Source of the DNA: Ginkgo biloba
Taxonomy: Eukaryota; Plantae; Ginkgophyta
Direction of reading: 5' to 3'
Assembly: GCA_024626585.2 (NCBI GenBank)
Contig: JANKJI020000002.1
Location: 3,319,360 to 3,337,684, forward strand
Length of the DNA: 18,325 nt
Below the pieces are notes generated by a model. That model was given only the letters and a program-made list of their open reading frames with translations. It was not told the origin of the DNA and searched no databases. Position 1 is the stretch's first letter, and each line of letters opens with the position of its first letter. Positions 10,026 to 18,325 of this stretch are shown here, one piece after another. A program made the translations under genes and the position numbers.

Positions 10026-10920
10026 GAAATTGGGCCACATGGCATGATTGTGGAGATTTGGGGGGGATCTCGTGGCATTTTGGCTCATGGAACTCGCTTA
10101 ATCATCTTGGAGGGATTTGGGATGGAGACACGTGGTTGCATCTCAGAGTACTGGGCTCGCAATGCTCGCCAAATGTTTTTTTAAAATTCTCAACTGCCCC
10201 AGGGAGGGTATCATGAGATCGTGCCACGTGATGTGATCTCGTGATCTCCAACTGTGTGCTATTCATAGAGGTTGGGTTCCCATTTCAAAGTCTTCAACTA
10301 GTGCGGGTTTGTGGGAGTAAGAGATTGTGACACATGGCATGATCTCGAATCATCCGAGCTCGCAGCCTTTTGTCCTCCCCTTTTCTTTTGTTGCATGTGC
10401 CATCTGTGAGTTCTCAAGATGGGAACATGCGCCGTCATCCCGCGAGTCCAGGGCTTGCGGCCTTTTGGGGCACTATCCTTAACCTTCTTCTCTTGTGATC
10501 CCGAGATTCACACACGTGGCGTGATCTCCTGAAATGTGATATCGCAACCTTTTGAGGCTCCCCTTTTCTTTTGGGACAATGTATACCAGGGAATGCCTGG
10601 GATCGCAACACGTGGTTGCATCTTGGGGGGACGGTGGCCTCACGACATTTCTCTACATTTCTTCAAAGTTTCCAACTTGCCGTGGAGGGGGAGTCACAAG
10701 ATCTTGCCAGTTGGCGCGATCTTGTGAACCAGGGTCTCAACGTCTTTTACCATGTGTATTTTGATGTTTTCAACTGTAGCAAGGGAGGAGGTGACTAGAT
10801 TTCACCACGTGGCACGATCCTATTACCCTGCATAAAGACTTCACAGAACTCGTGAAGAACACCCTTTTACATATAATAATAAAAAAGACAAACGCAAGAA
10901 GCCACGTGGTGAGCTATCGT
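10026..10920. repeat. Degenerate tandem array, period ~96 bp, each unit carrying a 26-bp palindrome with a CACGTG core
   Basis: Cores at 10036, 10129, 10225, 10331, ~10424, 10513, 10609, 10708, 10806 and 10903 (spacing 89-106). The shared architecture is GAT-N5-CACGTG-N5-ATC, e.g. GAGATCGTGCCACGTGATGTGATCTC at 10215-10240. Confidence 0.85.
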
Positions 10921-11229
10921 GGAACGTAGATTTTCTCATTAAAACACTAAGGCACCATTAGACAACTTCAACAAGTTCATGTCAAAGGATCGACTCTTTG
11001 AGAAACTAGAAATCACGAAGTGTTGGATTTTGGAGCGTCATGCGTGGGCGAATTAGTCAGAGGAGGGGATTTACTCAGACCCAAAGGTTGAAACATGCGT
11101 TATTAGCTTTCATAATTGCACTTTAGATGACGCAATGGCATAAGGATGGGGCGAACTCGCCTTTCATTTCTTTTAGTGACTCTCAAATGGTTTGAAATTC
11201 TTTAATAGGAGGGTCCCCATCTTGCGAGC

Positions 11230-11466
11230 AAAGTGGGGGTGTGTTGGCAACAACAAATGGCGACTCATANNNNNNNNNNNNNNNNNNNNNNNNNNTGTAA
11301 ACTTCGTATTCTCACTCTACATACTCGTGTCCTATTCTACTATTGATTATGTACTACAGCTGTACAATTTCCTGAACTCATTATGCTGCTTGAAATTTCT
11401 TTTATGCAGTGATTCATACCTAGGAGTGTTGAGTACAAATTCTCAAGTTAGGGATCTAGATTAACA
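11230..11466 (+). mobile_element. Ogre/Tat-type PPT and 3' LTR, with the LTR interior lost in a gap
   Basis: AAAGTGGGGG (11230-11239) is followed by TGTTGG at 11242. A candidate end TAGATTAACA is at 11466. The upstream repeat-rich non-coding region fits an Ogre/Tat 3' region. Confidence 0.6.
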
Positions 11467-11729
11467 TTAAGACTTCATGAAACATTCCATGGAACAAAGA
11501 TCAATCACATCAATGAATTAGACATTGGGACATCAGCAACAAGAATATATCTCATTGATGTATGGGAAAGATACATAAGGGATCATTAGAGATTTAGACC
11601 AATGCATGTAGTATGATGATCATATCACAAAATAATATTGGGCCCTATGTAGGTGGAGGGAACTCTGTCAATAGTAGTGGGTAATTTTTGGTGGTAGTTG
11701 ACATATCAAATCACCAACAATCGCCCCCA
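11467..11729 (-). mobile_element. Minus-strand copia-like PPT / 3' LTR junction and truncated LTR
   Basis: The minus strand reads TGGGGGCGAT-TGTTGGTG (11729 to 11712), like the typical copia junction AGGGGGAGAT-TGTTG. Confidence 0.5.
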
Positions 11730-12639
11730 TAAGCAAATGAACTAATCGGATGGTTTTCCAAATGTCTAGGTAAAACCCAAGTGTTGTCCAATAGTCATCT
11801 GTTGACATTTGACTACTAAAATCCTATGGTGACTTAGGTTACTCCCAATTATACAAAATGTTGGGGCTGACCCTACGTTACCAGGATCCACCTCAGATGG
11901 TCCTAATTTGGTACCCCAAATGTTCTGAGAGAGGATACGGCTCTGGTATTGCAGGGAAACGTATCCCAACCGTACCCAGATTGGATACNNNNNNNNNNNN
12001 NNNNNNNNNNNNNNNNNNNNNNNNNNNNNNNNNNNNNNNNNNNNNNNNNNNNNNNNNNNNNNNNNNNNNNNNNNNNNNNNNNNNNNNNAAAGTGCTTTGG
12101 TACAACATTGAGCCTTTCTATAATTTTGTTGCTTTTTGGCAAATCTCCCTGATTATGCTAGTGGGCCCTTTTGTCTTTTTGTAATTAACTCGGAGTCATT
12201 AATCTCGCTCAATGAATCTCCACTGTTGATGTGTTAGAACTTTTTGCATTTTGTAGCTTTCCTCGATTGCACTAACAAGGTGTTTTATGCTTTTGCACTT
12301 TCATTGTTACAGGCTAGTAAATCCAAATAATTTATATCTTGAAAAAGGGGAAAATCATTGAATAAAGTAATGAAGCTAGTTTATTAGCATTACAACTTAC
12401 AATAACATTGCATGGAGAAGTTATAATTAAAAGAAAGGAGAAACAATTATAGGCCCAAAGTTTAGCCTTTAGTAGGGTGCCTCGAGTAGAATGATGACAC
12501 ATGGCAAATGGCTCCATAGAAGGGCGGTTGGAATTAGAGAACTTCCAACATCAAGTTATGCTATTCTATGGAGGCTTGTTGGCTTAGACTTTATAAGTGT
12601 AGAGGGATTTCTTGGGATTCGGAAATTATTTATTCTTGG

Positions 12640-13351
12640 TTTTATTCTCTAGTGTTGATGTCTTTCAAAGGGAGAAACTGTATGCTGAGATTTCAAATTG
12701 TGACCTCTACCAAGAGGAAGTGGAGTACTTGGGTCACATCATCTTGTTAAAGAGCATTGTTTGGGATCCCAAGAAGATGAAGGTGGGGCATGAATGAAAG
12801 AATCTAGTAAGAATACATGAAGCAAGGAACTTTCTTGTTTGAGTGAGATTTTATAGAAGGTTTGTGCTTAAGTTTTTGAAGATAACAAAGCCTCTAATAT
12901 AATTCCAAGAGATTTGTATGGATAGAGAAGATCAAGCAAGATTCAATATCTTGATGTAAAAGTTGACCGAAACACCCATACTCATGCTACTAGATATGTC
13001 AACCCCATTACCATCTACATAGATGCTACGGGGGTGGCTATTGGAGTTGTCTTAACCCAAAATGGTAAAGTGGTTGTTTATGAGAGTAGAAATAAATGAT
13101 GTCGAGAGATAATATCCCATATATAATCTAGAAATTTTGGTAATCATTCATACAATAAAGATATGGAAGTACTACTTGAAGAACAAGAAGTTTGAGGTTG
13201 TCATAGATCATAAGTCATAGTTGTCCTTTCCACCAAAGGAAGAATTCGGATCAAGACAATATAGATGGGCTATGATATTTGAGTTTAGGTCCAAGTTGAC
13301 CTACAAAATTGCAAAGGAAAATATAGTGGTTGATGAATTTTCAAGAATGCC
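12640..13351 (+). mobile_element. Degenerate Ty3/gypsy reverse transcriptase C-terminus and RNase H
   Basis: REKLYAEISNCDLYQEEVEYLGHII..DPKKM, FYRRFV, IYIDATGVAIGVVLTQNGKVVVYESR, YPIYNLE, KIWKYYL, VIDHKS, SRQYRW, KENIVVDEFSR. Multiple stops and frameshifts. Confidence 0.92.
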
Positions 13352-13451
13352 NNNNNNNNNNNNNNNNNNNNNNNNNNNNNNNNNNNNNNNNNNNNNNNNN
13401 NNNNNNNNNNNNNNNNNNNNNNNNNNNNNNNNNNNNNNNNNNNNNNNNNNN

Positions 13452-13965
13452 TTCCATGAGAAGTTGTAGTTTCCCTTGACTTGAAAATAAGCTTTGTTGC
13501 ACTTCAAATGATCGTGGAGAACTGTTCTATTTATTATAAATGTTGTCGTTAGTTTAGGTCCGTTCCATGTTCTTCTTGTACTCTTTTACGTCCTTCACTT
13601 GTGCTCTTAATATCTTCGTGGAAATTTGTGTTTTTTCTCCAAATTTCTGAAGATCAACTTCAAATGGAATAGGAGGATTGTAACCTAACATTGCCCTCAA
13701 TAAAGTGACATCTATAGAAAATTACTTATAACCACACAAAAACTCCACAGTTGGAAGTCTCTCTTTCCACATAGATTTACTGGCTGTTACGTGTGCCTTG
13801 TGATCTGGTTGACTTTTCTGTTTGGTCATTTTTTTTTTTTTTTTTTCCCCAGTATTGGAGTTTACCTTTTTCCCAAGTGCCTGGAAGAAATCTTTCCAAA
13901 GATGTGCTGTGATCTTGGGATCCTTGTCACTCACAATAGATTTGGCACAGCATATGTTGGAAATA
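13452..13965 (-). mobile_element. Degenerate Ty3/gypsy integrase core
   Basis: The minus strand gives KSIVSDKDPKITAHLWKDFFQALGKKVN (cf. IVSDRDPKFTSxFW), DQTEK/VNQ across a frameshift, WKERLPTVEF, AMLGYNP and RSFEV. Confidence 0.88.
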
Positions 13966-14300
13966 TTTCAGCTGTTAGTAGGTTTTAAACTGCTAAGATA
14001 ATGTTGGCATTGAATTAGTGCTGCTGAATAGATGGATCTAAATGAAAAAGGTAAAGGACAATGTTAACATCGAATCTGTTTGTCTGTTATACTCATTATT
14101 TATCTTTAATTGCACTTGAGCAGCTCTTTCTATGTTGTGTGTTATATGAAATCATATGACAGATTTCTGATCAAGCAGAAATGAAGGTCTTGTGATTTCC
14201 CTTGAATATAATTGCTAACCATCAAAAGAAAAAAATTGAGGCTGAAATGAAACTATATGACTGAATGAAATTAAATCATGTTTTGTTGGGAAATTGACAG

Positions 14301-14405
14301 GTCTTCATAGGTTTGATTATGTGCCCTTTTAATGTATTCTATCGGTCAAGTCGATATGCCTTTATTCGAATTATACAAAAAATAATTCTTTCACCCTTCT
14401 ATAAG
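14301..14405 (+). CDS. PHO1: PHO1-family exon (EXS region): VFIGLIMCPFNVFYRSSRYAFIRIIQKIILSPFYK
   Basis: Acceptor tgacAG ends at 14300 and donor GTattt starts at 14406. The exon is 105 nt, phase 0/0. It carries the diagnostic CPFNxFYRxxR...SPFYK motif of PHO1/EXS proteins. Confidence 0.93.
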
Positions 14406-14502
14406 GTATTTGTCTCTACATGTTCATCCAATTTGATGTCATGCACTTTTCATGCAATATACAACTATATCTAATTCATTAAGTTTGGTACTATACAAGC
14501 AG

Positions 14503-14526
14503 GTAGTGATGACAGATTTTTTCATG
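14503..14526 (+). CDS. PHO1: PHO1-family exon, 5' part only (VVMTDFFM); the expected remainder ADQLxSQ is lost in the N-gap
   Basis: It follows a 97-nt intron (14406-14502) with acceptor aagcAG. It matches the EXS motif V(V/L)MVDFFM(A/G)DQL. The sequence stops at the 10-N gap 14527-14536. Confidence 0.85.
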
Positions 14527-14536
14527 NNNNNNNNNN

Positions 14537-14597
14537 CCTACCATAAGGAGACATATGCCATAGTCCAAGTTTTAAAGCATTGGAAGTATTTCTTAGC
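14537..14597 (+). mobile_element. Short Ty3/gypsy RNase H remnant between PHO1 exons
   Basis: YHKETYAIVQVLKHWKYFL resembles the RT_RNaseH motif YDKELYAIVQALKHWRHYL. Confidence 0.75.
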
Positions 14598-14741
14598 ACA
14601 GTTATTCAGAGTGAAACTACTGAATATTATGGCCTCACTATTTGAAGGCTCAAGGAGCTGACTAGAATAAGATTTTTCCTTGTTTATTTGTCTAACCAAC
14701 CAACCTGTGTTATCATTTTAAATTTTAGTTGTATATTGCAG

Positions 14742-14894
14742 GTACCACTACTGAGCCATCTTGAGTATGTAACATGCTATTATGTAACAGGAAATTTCAG
14801 AACACACAATTATGGTGCTTGTAAAAAGAATAAACTTTACAATGAACTTGCATATGTTATTTCTTTCATGCCATATTATTGGCGTGCCATGCAG
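14742..14894 (+). CDS. PHO1: PHO1-family exon (EXS domain): VPLLSHLEYVTCYYVTGNFRTHNYGACKKNKLYNELAYVISFMPYYWRAMQ
   Basis: Acceptor ttgcAG ends at 14741 and donor GTtggt starts at 14895. The exon is 153 nt, phase 0/0, and ends in the conserved SFxPYYWRAMQ motif. It is contained in ORF 14688..14945. Confidence 0.95.
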
Positions 14895-14897
14895 GTT

Positions 14898-15057
14898 GGT
14901 TCTCCCATTTTCTTCAAGGTTTATATTGGCCAGTGCATATGTTAACCTTGTATTCATTCTTAGTATCACTGAATTTTGGTTCTCCCATTTTCTGCAAGGT
15001 TTATATTGGTCAGCGCGTATGTTAACTTTGTATTCACTCTTAGTATCACTGAATTTT
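14898..15057. repeat. Tandem duplication, 80 bp x 2, at the start of a PHO1 intron
   Basis: 14898-14977 versus 14978-15057, 74/80 identical. Confidence 0.95.
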
Positions 15058-16679
15058 ATCCTTTCATAAACGTGAATAAACTTTAAATGTACCATTTTGG
15101 CATGATATGAGGCTCACAATATGAGCCTATGGTTGATTCAACCTATGCTTGCGTGTGAGATGGTTGCAGGCACTATGCCAATGAGCTAAGTATTAATGAA
15201 TTTTTGCATTGCCTATAATGGATAACTATTAAAACGGTTTCCAACATGACCCGTAAGAATATTGTTCATTGTTTTAATGACATAAGAATAAAAACACTGT
15301 TCCACTCATACCAAAAGAATATCCTGCATTAAAATAGGGTAAAAAGGAACAACATAGCTTGGATGTCCAAGTCCTGCATGGCGAGTTAGGGATTCCTTAG
15401 ATCTATTTGTAAAAACTTGCAACCAGGATACATTATTTCAGTCTCCTTTTCTTTTGGAGAGCCAAGGCTTATGTTTATCATAGTTACTGCATTGAAGACA
15501 TTCATCAATGTCACACTTAGCAACCTTTAATTTTTTTCTTTTTGAAAAAGACAATTTTGAAAACAAGTATCCAGAGAGTTACCTCAAGGAGATCAAAATT
15601 AATATCTTATCTGCTGCCTTCTTAAATGATCAAAGTGAGGGCCTTACATTCAGACTATTAAATACATGCAAATACAAGAGTTGACTACCAAAGATAGTGG
15701 TCAGGTCTACACACTAGATACTATCGATATAAGATCAATTAGAAACTTAAGGAGCATTAGAAANNNNNNNNNNNNNNNNNNNNNNNNNNNNNNNNNNNNN
15801 NNNNNNNNNNNNNNNNNNNNNNNNNNNNNNNNNNNNNNNNNNNNNNNNNNNNNNNNNNNNNNNATTTGTTTTACTTTATTATTTTTACTTTTAAAGTATA
15901 CTATCATAGACCCTTTGTTTGGTTCTCCTCCTAGTGGTCAAAGACGTTCCTTAAGACTAAGGGGAGAGTCGCTCGAGTTTGATAATGTTCTTCTTAAAAA
16001 AAAAAAAAAAAATTAGGTCCTTCTTAATATTTTTAGTAGTGAAGGGACATCTCATTTTTCATTGACACTAGAGTTGAGTCTATTCCCATGTTTAATATTG
16101 TTCCTTCAACTATACATAAAGGTTCTTCTACTTTTGTTCATGAAGAGTTGAGGTGTATATGCCTAATATTATTGTGCTTATTTTTTATATTTTCATGTCT
16201 AATCAAGACTTTGAGACAATCGGATTATACATTTATTTAGATGACTCAATTAAGAGTGTTTTTATGGGGATAACCACTATGTTAGTTAACCTCCCATCTC
16301 TCCCCATGCTATGAATTTTTCTAGCATGTAAATTTCATCTTTAGGACCATCCACTTCCCTATATAGTTGCAATCTCGAGTGTTAATCAACCTCCCATGGT
16401 TGGTTCTACTCATTTTGCCTTTTTTTAATGTACCATTGCCTACCTCAGGCAATGTCTAATAGTTCATTCTCCCATTTTCATATGCAAGATTGCCATCTAA
16501 TCCACCCATACTAACATCGGTAGTTCAACCGAGTATAGAGAAACCTATAATGAACTCGTTCATTACCTTACACACCTTTTTCCATAGGATACCCATATTT
16601 ATAGGCGTCGAATCCTTATTTTGTGCCCCTAATCTCTATTCCACATCTTATGCCAAATGTTGGTGTTTCTTCTTCCACC

Positions 16680-16735
16680 CTCTAACAATCCCATACTTAT
16701 GGGACTTCTTCCTCCATTTATGGCATTGGCTAAAA
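16680..16735 (-). mobile_element. Possible degenerate gag zinc knuckle
   Basis: The minus strand reads QCHKWRKKSHK, then WDC after a frameshift, resembling CX2CX4HX4C with one Cys lost. Confidence 0.3.
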
Positions 16736-16832
16736 GTAGTTGATGTGTTTTCGATGATCACCCAAACATATATTTCCTAGTATAGCTACTTGTACTTTGA
16801 TGGTAGGTTTGGAAGTACAAGAACAGATCCAT

Positions 16833-17239
16833 TGAAATAATTTTGGCTGGAAGCAGTGTGATCAATTTTGTGTTTAGAACCCAAAACACTATAGTGATAA
16901 ACATGATTAAAGTTTATTCAAACTCAGATACAGTTTCATAGTCAATTCTATAGACAGACTCGAACAAGAGTGCCCACTATGCTTAGTTGCCATAACATTA
17001 GAAGACATTCGAACTTATACTTGGGACAAGGTTAAACGAAGTGTGAAGAAGACAACAAAGTAAACAGACCACCAAATTTGTAGGCCGATAAAAGAATTGT
17101 TAAACAAAAATCATCAAATATTCTAAGAAACCCTTGAAGACAGAGTAAACAAAGACTAGCTAGAGAAGGATCTTACTCAAAGTCCAATGAAATAAGTATG
17201 AAGGTATAAATAAACTTATGGGTAGTCTAATCTTCAACA
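16833..17239 (-). mobile_element. Possible copia-type LTR (~400 bp)
   Basis: The minus strand starts TGTTGAAG (17239) and ends TGCTTCCAGCCAAAATTATTTCA (16833). No TSD was found and the PBS is poor. Confidence 0.3.
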
Positions 17240-17324
17240 ATGATGCCTGTATGCATTTTACTTACTTTAAGATCCCAACTTGGTCCTGTGATATGTCCTT
17301 CCTCATCGTTGCTAGTGTATGAAG

Positions 17325-18325
17325 GGACATAGTATATAAAGAAGGAACTTGCATTGACCCAAATAGGGTCAAGGATATTAAAGAGCTACCACTACCATTA
17401 AGCAAGAAAGGAGTTCAAATTTTCTTTGGAAAGATTAATTTTGTAAGATGATTCATCCTAAATTTTTCCCTTTTCACCTTGCCAATCAATAAGTTTCTTA
17501 GAAAAGATGCATATTTTAAATGGAGAAAAGAGGAAAAGGAGGCTTTCAACAAAATCAAGGAATGGATTGAAAAAGTGCCTATCCTAGTTGGGCCCAATTT
17601 TAAAAAAGATTTCTTGATCTACTCTTACATCTCAGAAGAATCCTATACTGTGATGCATATGTAGGGACATGACAAAGGAAATTAGAGGCCTATCATATTC
17701 TTAAGCTTATCTTTGAAGGATTATCAATTACAAGATACCATGGTGGAAAATCAAGCATTCACCTTGGTGAAGACTANNNNNNNNNNATCATATATTTTAA
17801 TCCATACATCATTCATACTCATACCATATCCTTCATTCCGTTGGCATCTGTGAAGGTCATGCTGGGTCAAAATGAGCCATTGGAAAAATAGGTATGTTGG
17901 CTTGAAAAGATACAAGAATTTTACGTTGATATAAATCTCATAAGGATTTTGTAAGGGAAGAGGCTATGTACGATGATTATTGAATCTCATGATAAAAGTT
18001 TATCCAAGCTCTAAGTGGAAGGAAATGGACAAGAAGATGATCTAACTAATGCAATGGTTCTAATATAGAATGAAGTTGAATATGACCCCCTTTTAGAGGA
18101 TATAACGTATTATCTAATACAAGGAGAATTTTTGGATTACCTCACCAAAAATTCTAAGAGATCTATGAAGATCAAGTTTGTTTCATATATTTTATTATAA
18201 GGAAAATTGTATAGAAAAGGGTATGATGGTACTCTTCTTTAGTGCCTCAATATTCTAGAGTTTGATCAAGTCCTGGATGAGTTTCATATAGGAGTATGTG
18301 GAGGACACTTTTTTGCACTAACCAT
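17325..18325 (+). mobile_element. Degenerate Ty3/gypsy Tat-lineage pol: RT C-terminus, RNase H/tether, integrase Zn-binding N-terminus (runs off the window)
   Basis: IVYKEGTCIDPNRVKDI..KKGVQIFFGKINFVR*FI, FKWRKEEKEAFNKIKE..PILVGPNFKKDFLIYS, VENQAFTLVK, WLEKIQEF, GKLYRKGYDGTLL*CL..VLDEFHIGVCGGHF. Stops and frameshifts are present. Confidence 0.92.

Noticed and set aside
9957-10798. Overlapping ORFs in the GC-rich region
   Set aside because: They are explained by the GC-richer repeat array lowering stop frequency, and show no protein motifs.
10026-10920. CRISPR-like array (regularly spaced palindromes)
   Set aside because: The context is eukaryotic TE sequence, the repeats are highly degenerate, the spacers are related to one another, and there are no cas genes.
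12290-12330. Strong acceptor (ttgttacAG) as the missing PHO1 GLFTG exon
   Set aside because: The downstream translation bears no resemblance to PHO1.
14452-14661. ORF apparently fusing PHO1 VVMTDFFM to an RNase H peptide
   Set aside because: The frame is joined only through a 10-N gap of unreliable size, and the ORF starts in intron sequence.
14748-15095. Antisense 115-aa ORF and ORF 14812..15069
   Set aside because: These are shadow frames of the PHO1 exon extended by the 80-bp duplication.
15150-15190. MVAG peptide as the next PHO1 exon (KYVSAMVAAG)
   Set aside because: The flanking residues do not match, there is no CxRRW motif or proper acceptor, and a stop follows shortly.
15996-16012. 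A17 run as the poly(A) tail of a SINE/LINE or retrocopy
   Set aside because: No TSD, Pol III boxes or recognisable upstream body.

Overview
Eukaryotic, repeat-rich plant genomic DNA; the Tat/Ogre-type elements and multi-kb TE-filled introns suggest a large-genome seed plant such as a gymnosperm (inference). The assembly is fragmentary: 16 N-gaps totalling 1443 N, six of them exactly 100 N, which probably marks unknown-size joins. Host coding content is spliced, so the ORF track captures it only in part. It comprises (i) two consecutive exons of a WD40 protein of the WDR48/UAF1 family (Arabidopsis LRS1-like) at 6365-6427 and 6512-6620, and (ii) four exons of a PHO1-family SPX-EXS phosphate exporter at 7450-7579, 14301-14405, 14503-14526 (cut by a gap) and 14742-14894. 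All are on the + strand, and every visible splice border is canonical AG/GT. The rest is nested, degenerate LTR-retrotransposon debris: three related long LTRs, Ty3/gypsy RT-RNaseH and integrase fragments, Tat/Ogre-type pol fragments, and PBS and PPT sites. The most notable observations are the WDR48 exons lying about 830 bp upstream of, and phase-compatible with, a PHO1 exon; a ~96-bp-periodic array of 26-bp G-box-centred palindromes ending about 310 bp before an Ogre-type PPT; a PPT / 14-bp TG..CA / PBS-like junction; and a conserved stem-loop motif shared by three LTRs. All protein identifications come from recalled family motifs, not from database searches. I see no convincing evidence of an intact novel system; the WD40/EXS juxtaposition is the best lead but may be an assembly join.
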